DNA from: Macrostomum lignano
Lineage: Eukaryota
Direction: 5' to 3'
Assembly: GCA_002269645.1 (NCBI GenBank)
Contig: NIVC01002767.1
Location: 62,001 to 126,000 of the forward strand
Length of the DNA: 64,000 bases
Shown: positions 63,850 through 64,000 of the stretch, in pieces
Layout of the letters: the number at the start of each line of letters is the position of its first letter
How positions within the stretch are numbered: the stretch's first letter is position 1
Notes under the pieces: model-generated
What the model was told of the DNA's origin: nothing
The model's database searches: none
Seen by the model: only the letters and a program-made list of their open reading frames with translations
Position numbers and translations under genes: made by a program

Positions 63850-64000
63850 CCAGTTCTCTTCTTCCCCCTCTAGTTCTTTTTCTTTACCCTCGAGTTCTCT
63901 TCTTTACCCTCCAGTTCTCTTCTTTACCCTCCAGTTCTCTTCTTTACCCTCCAGCTCTTTTCTTTACCCTCCAGCTCTCTTCTTTACCCTCCAGTTCTCT
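63850..64000. repeat. About 20-bp pyrimidine repeat (TCTTTACCCTCCAGTTCTCT), truncated by window edge
   Basis: Read directly. Confidence 0.9.

Overview
Eukaryotic (metazoan) genomic DNA, not prokaryotic: GT-AG introns, GC-rich exons and introns packed with locus-specific mini/microsatellites. The style resembles the flatworm Macrostomum lignano (inference from composition only). Left third (2-22.4 kb): a spliced eclosion-hormone-like neuropeptide gene, then a tandemly duplicated two-gene cassette. Each cassette has a single-exon secreted protein with two IL-17/cystine-knot-like modules (+) converging on a multi-exon single-pass receptor with a SEFIR/TIR-like tail (-). The two copies are nearly identical in the ligand C-terminal half and the receptor membrane/cytoplasmic part, but strongly diverged in the ligand N-terminal half and receptor ectodomain, suggesting co-diverging ligand-receptor pairs. 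This is the most novel signal. After an orphan PIP-box ORF, the right two thirds (24.7-64 kb) hold nine co-oriented minus-strand genes: RPL35A, ORC3, VPS51, a gelsolin/severin-like gene (two GC-AG introns), SLC25A32, two divergent mitochondrial SSB-like genes, MFSD14/HIAT1 and the 3' part of LZTR1. Most long ORFs in the supplied track are repeat or antisense artefacts. Gene models were built by hand from splice signals and family identities come from remembered motifs; no database search was run.
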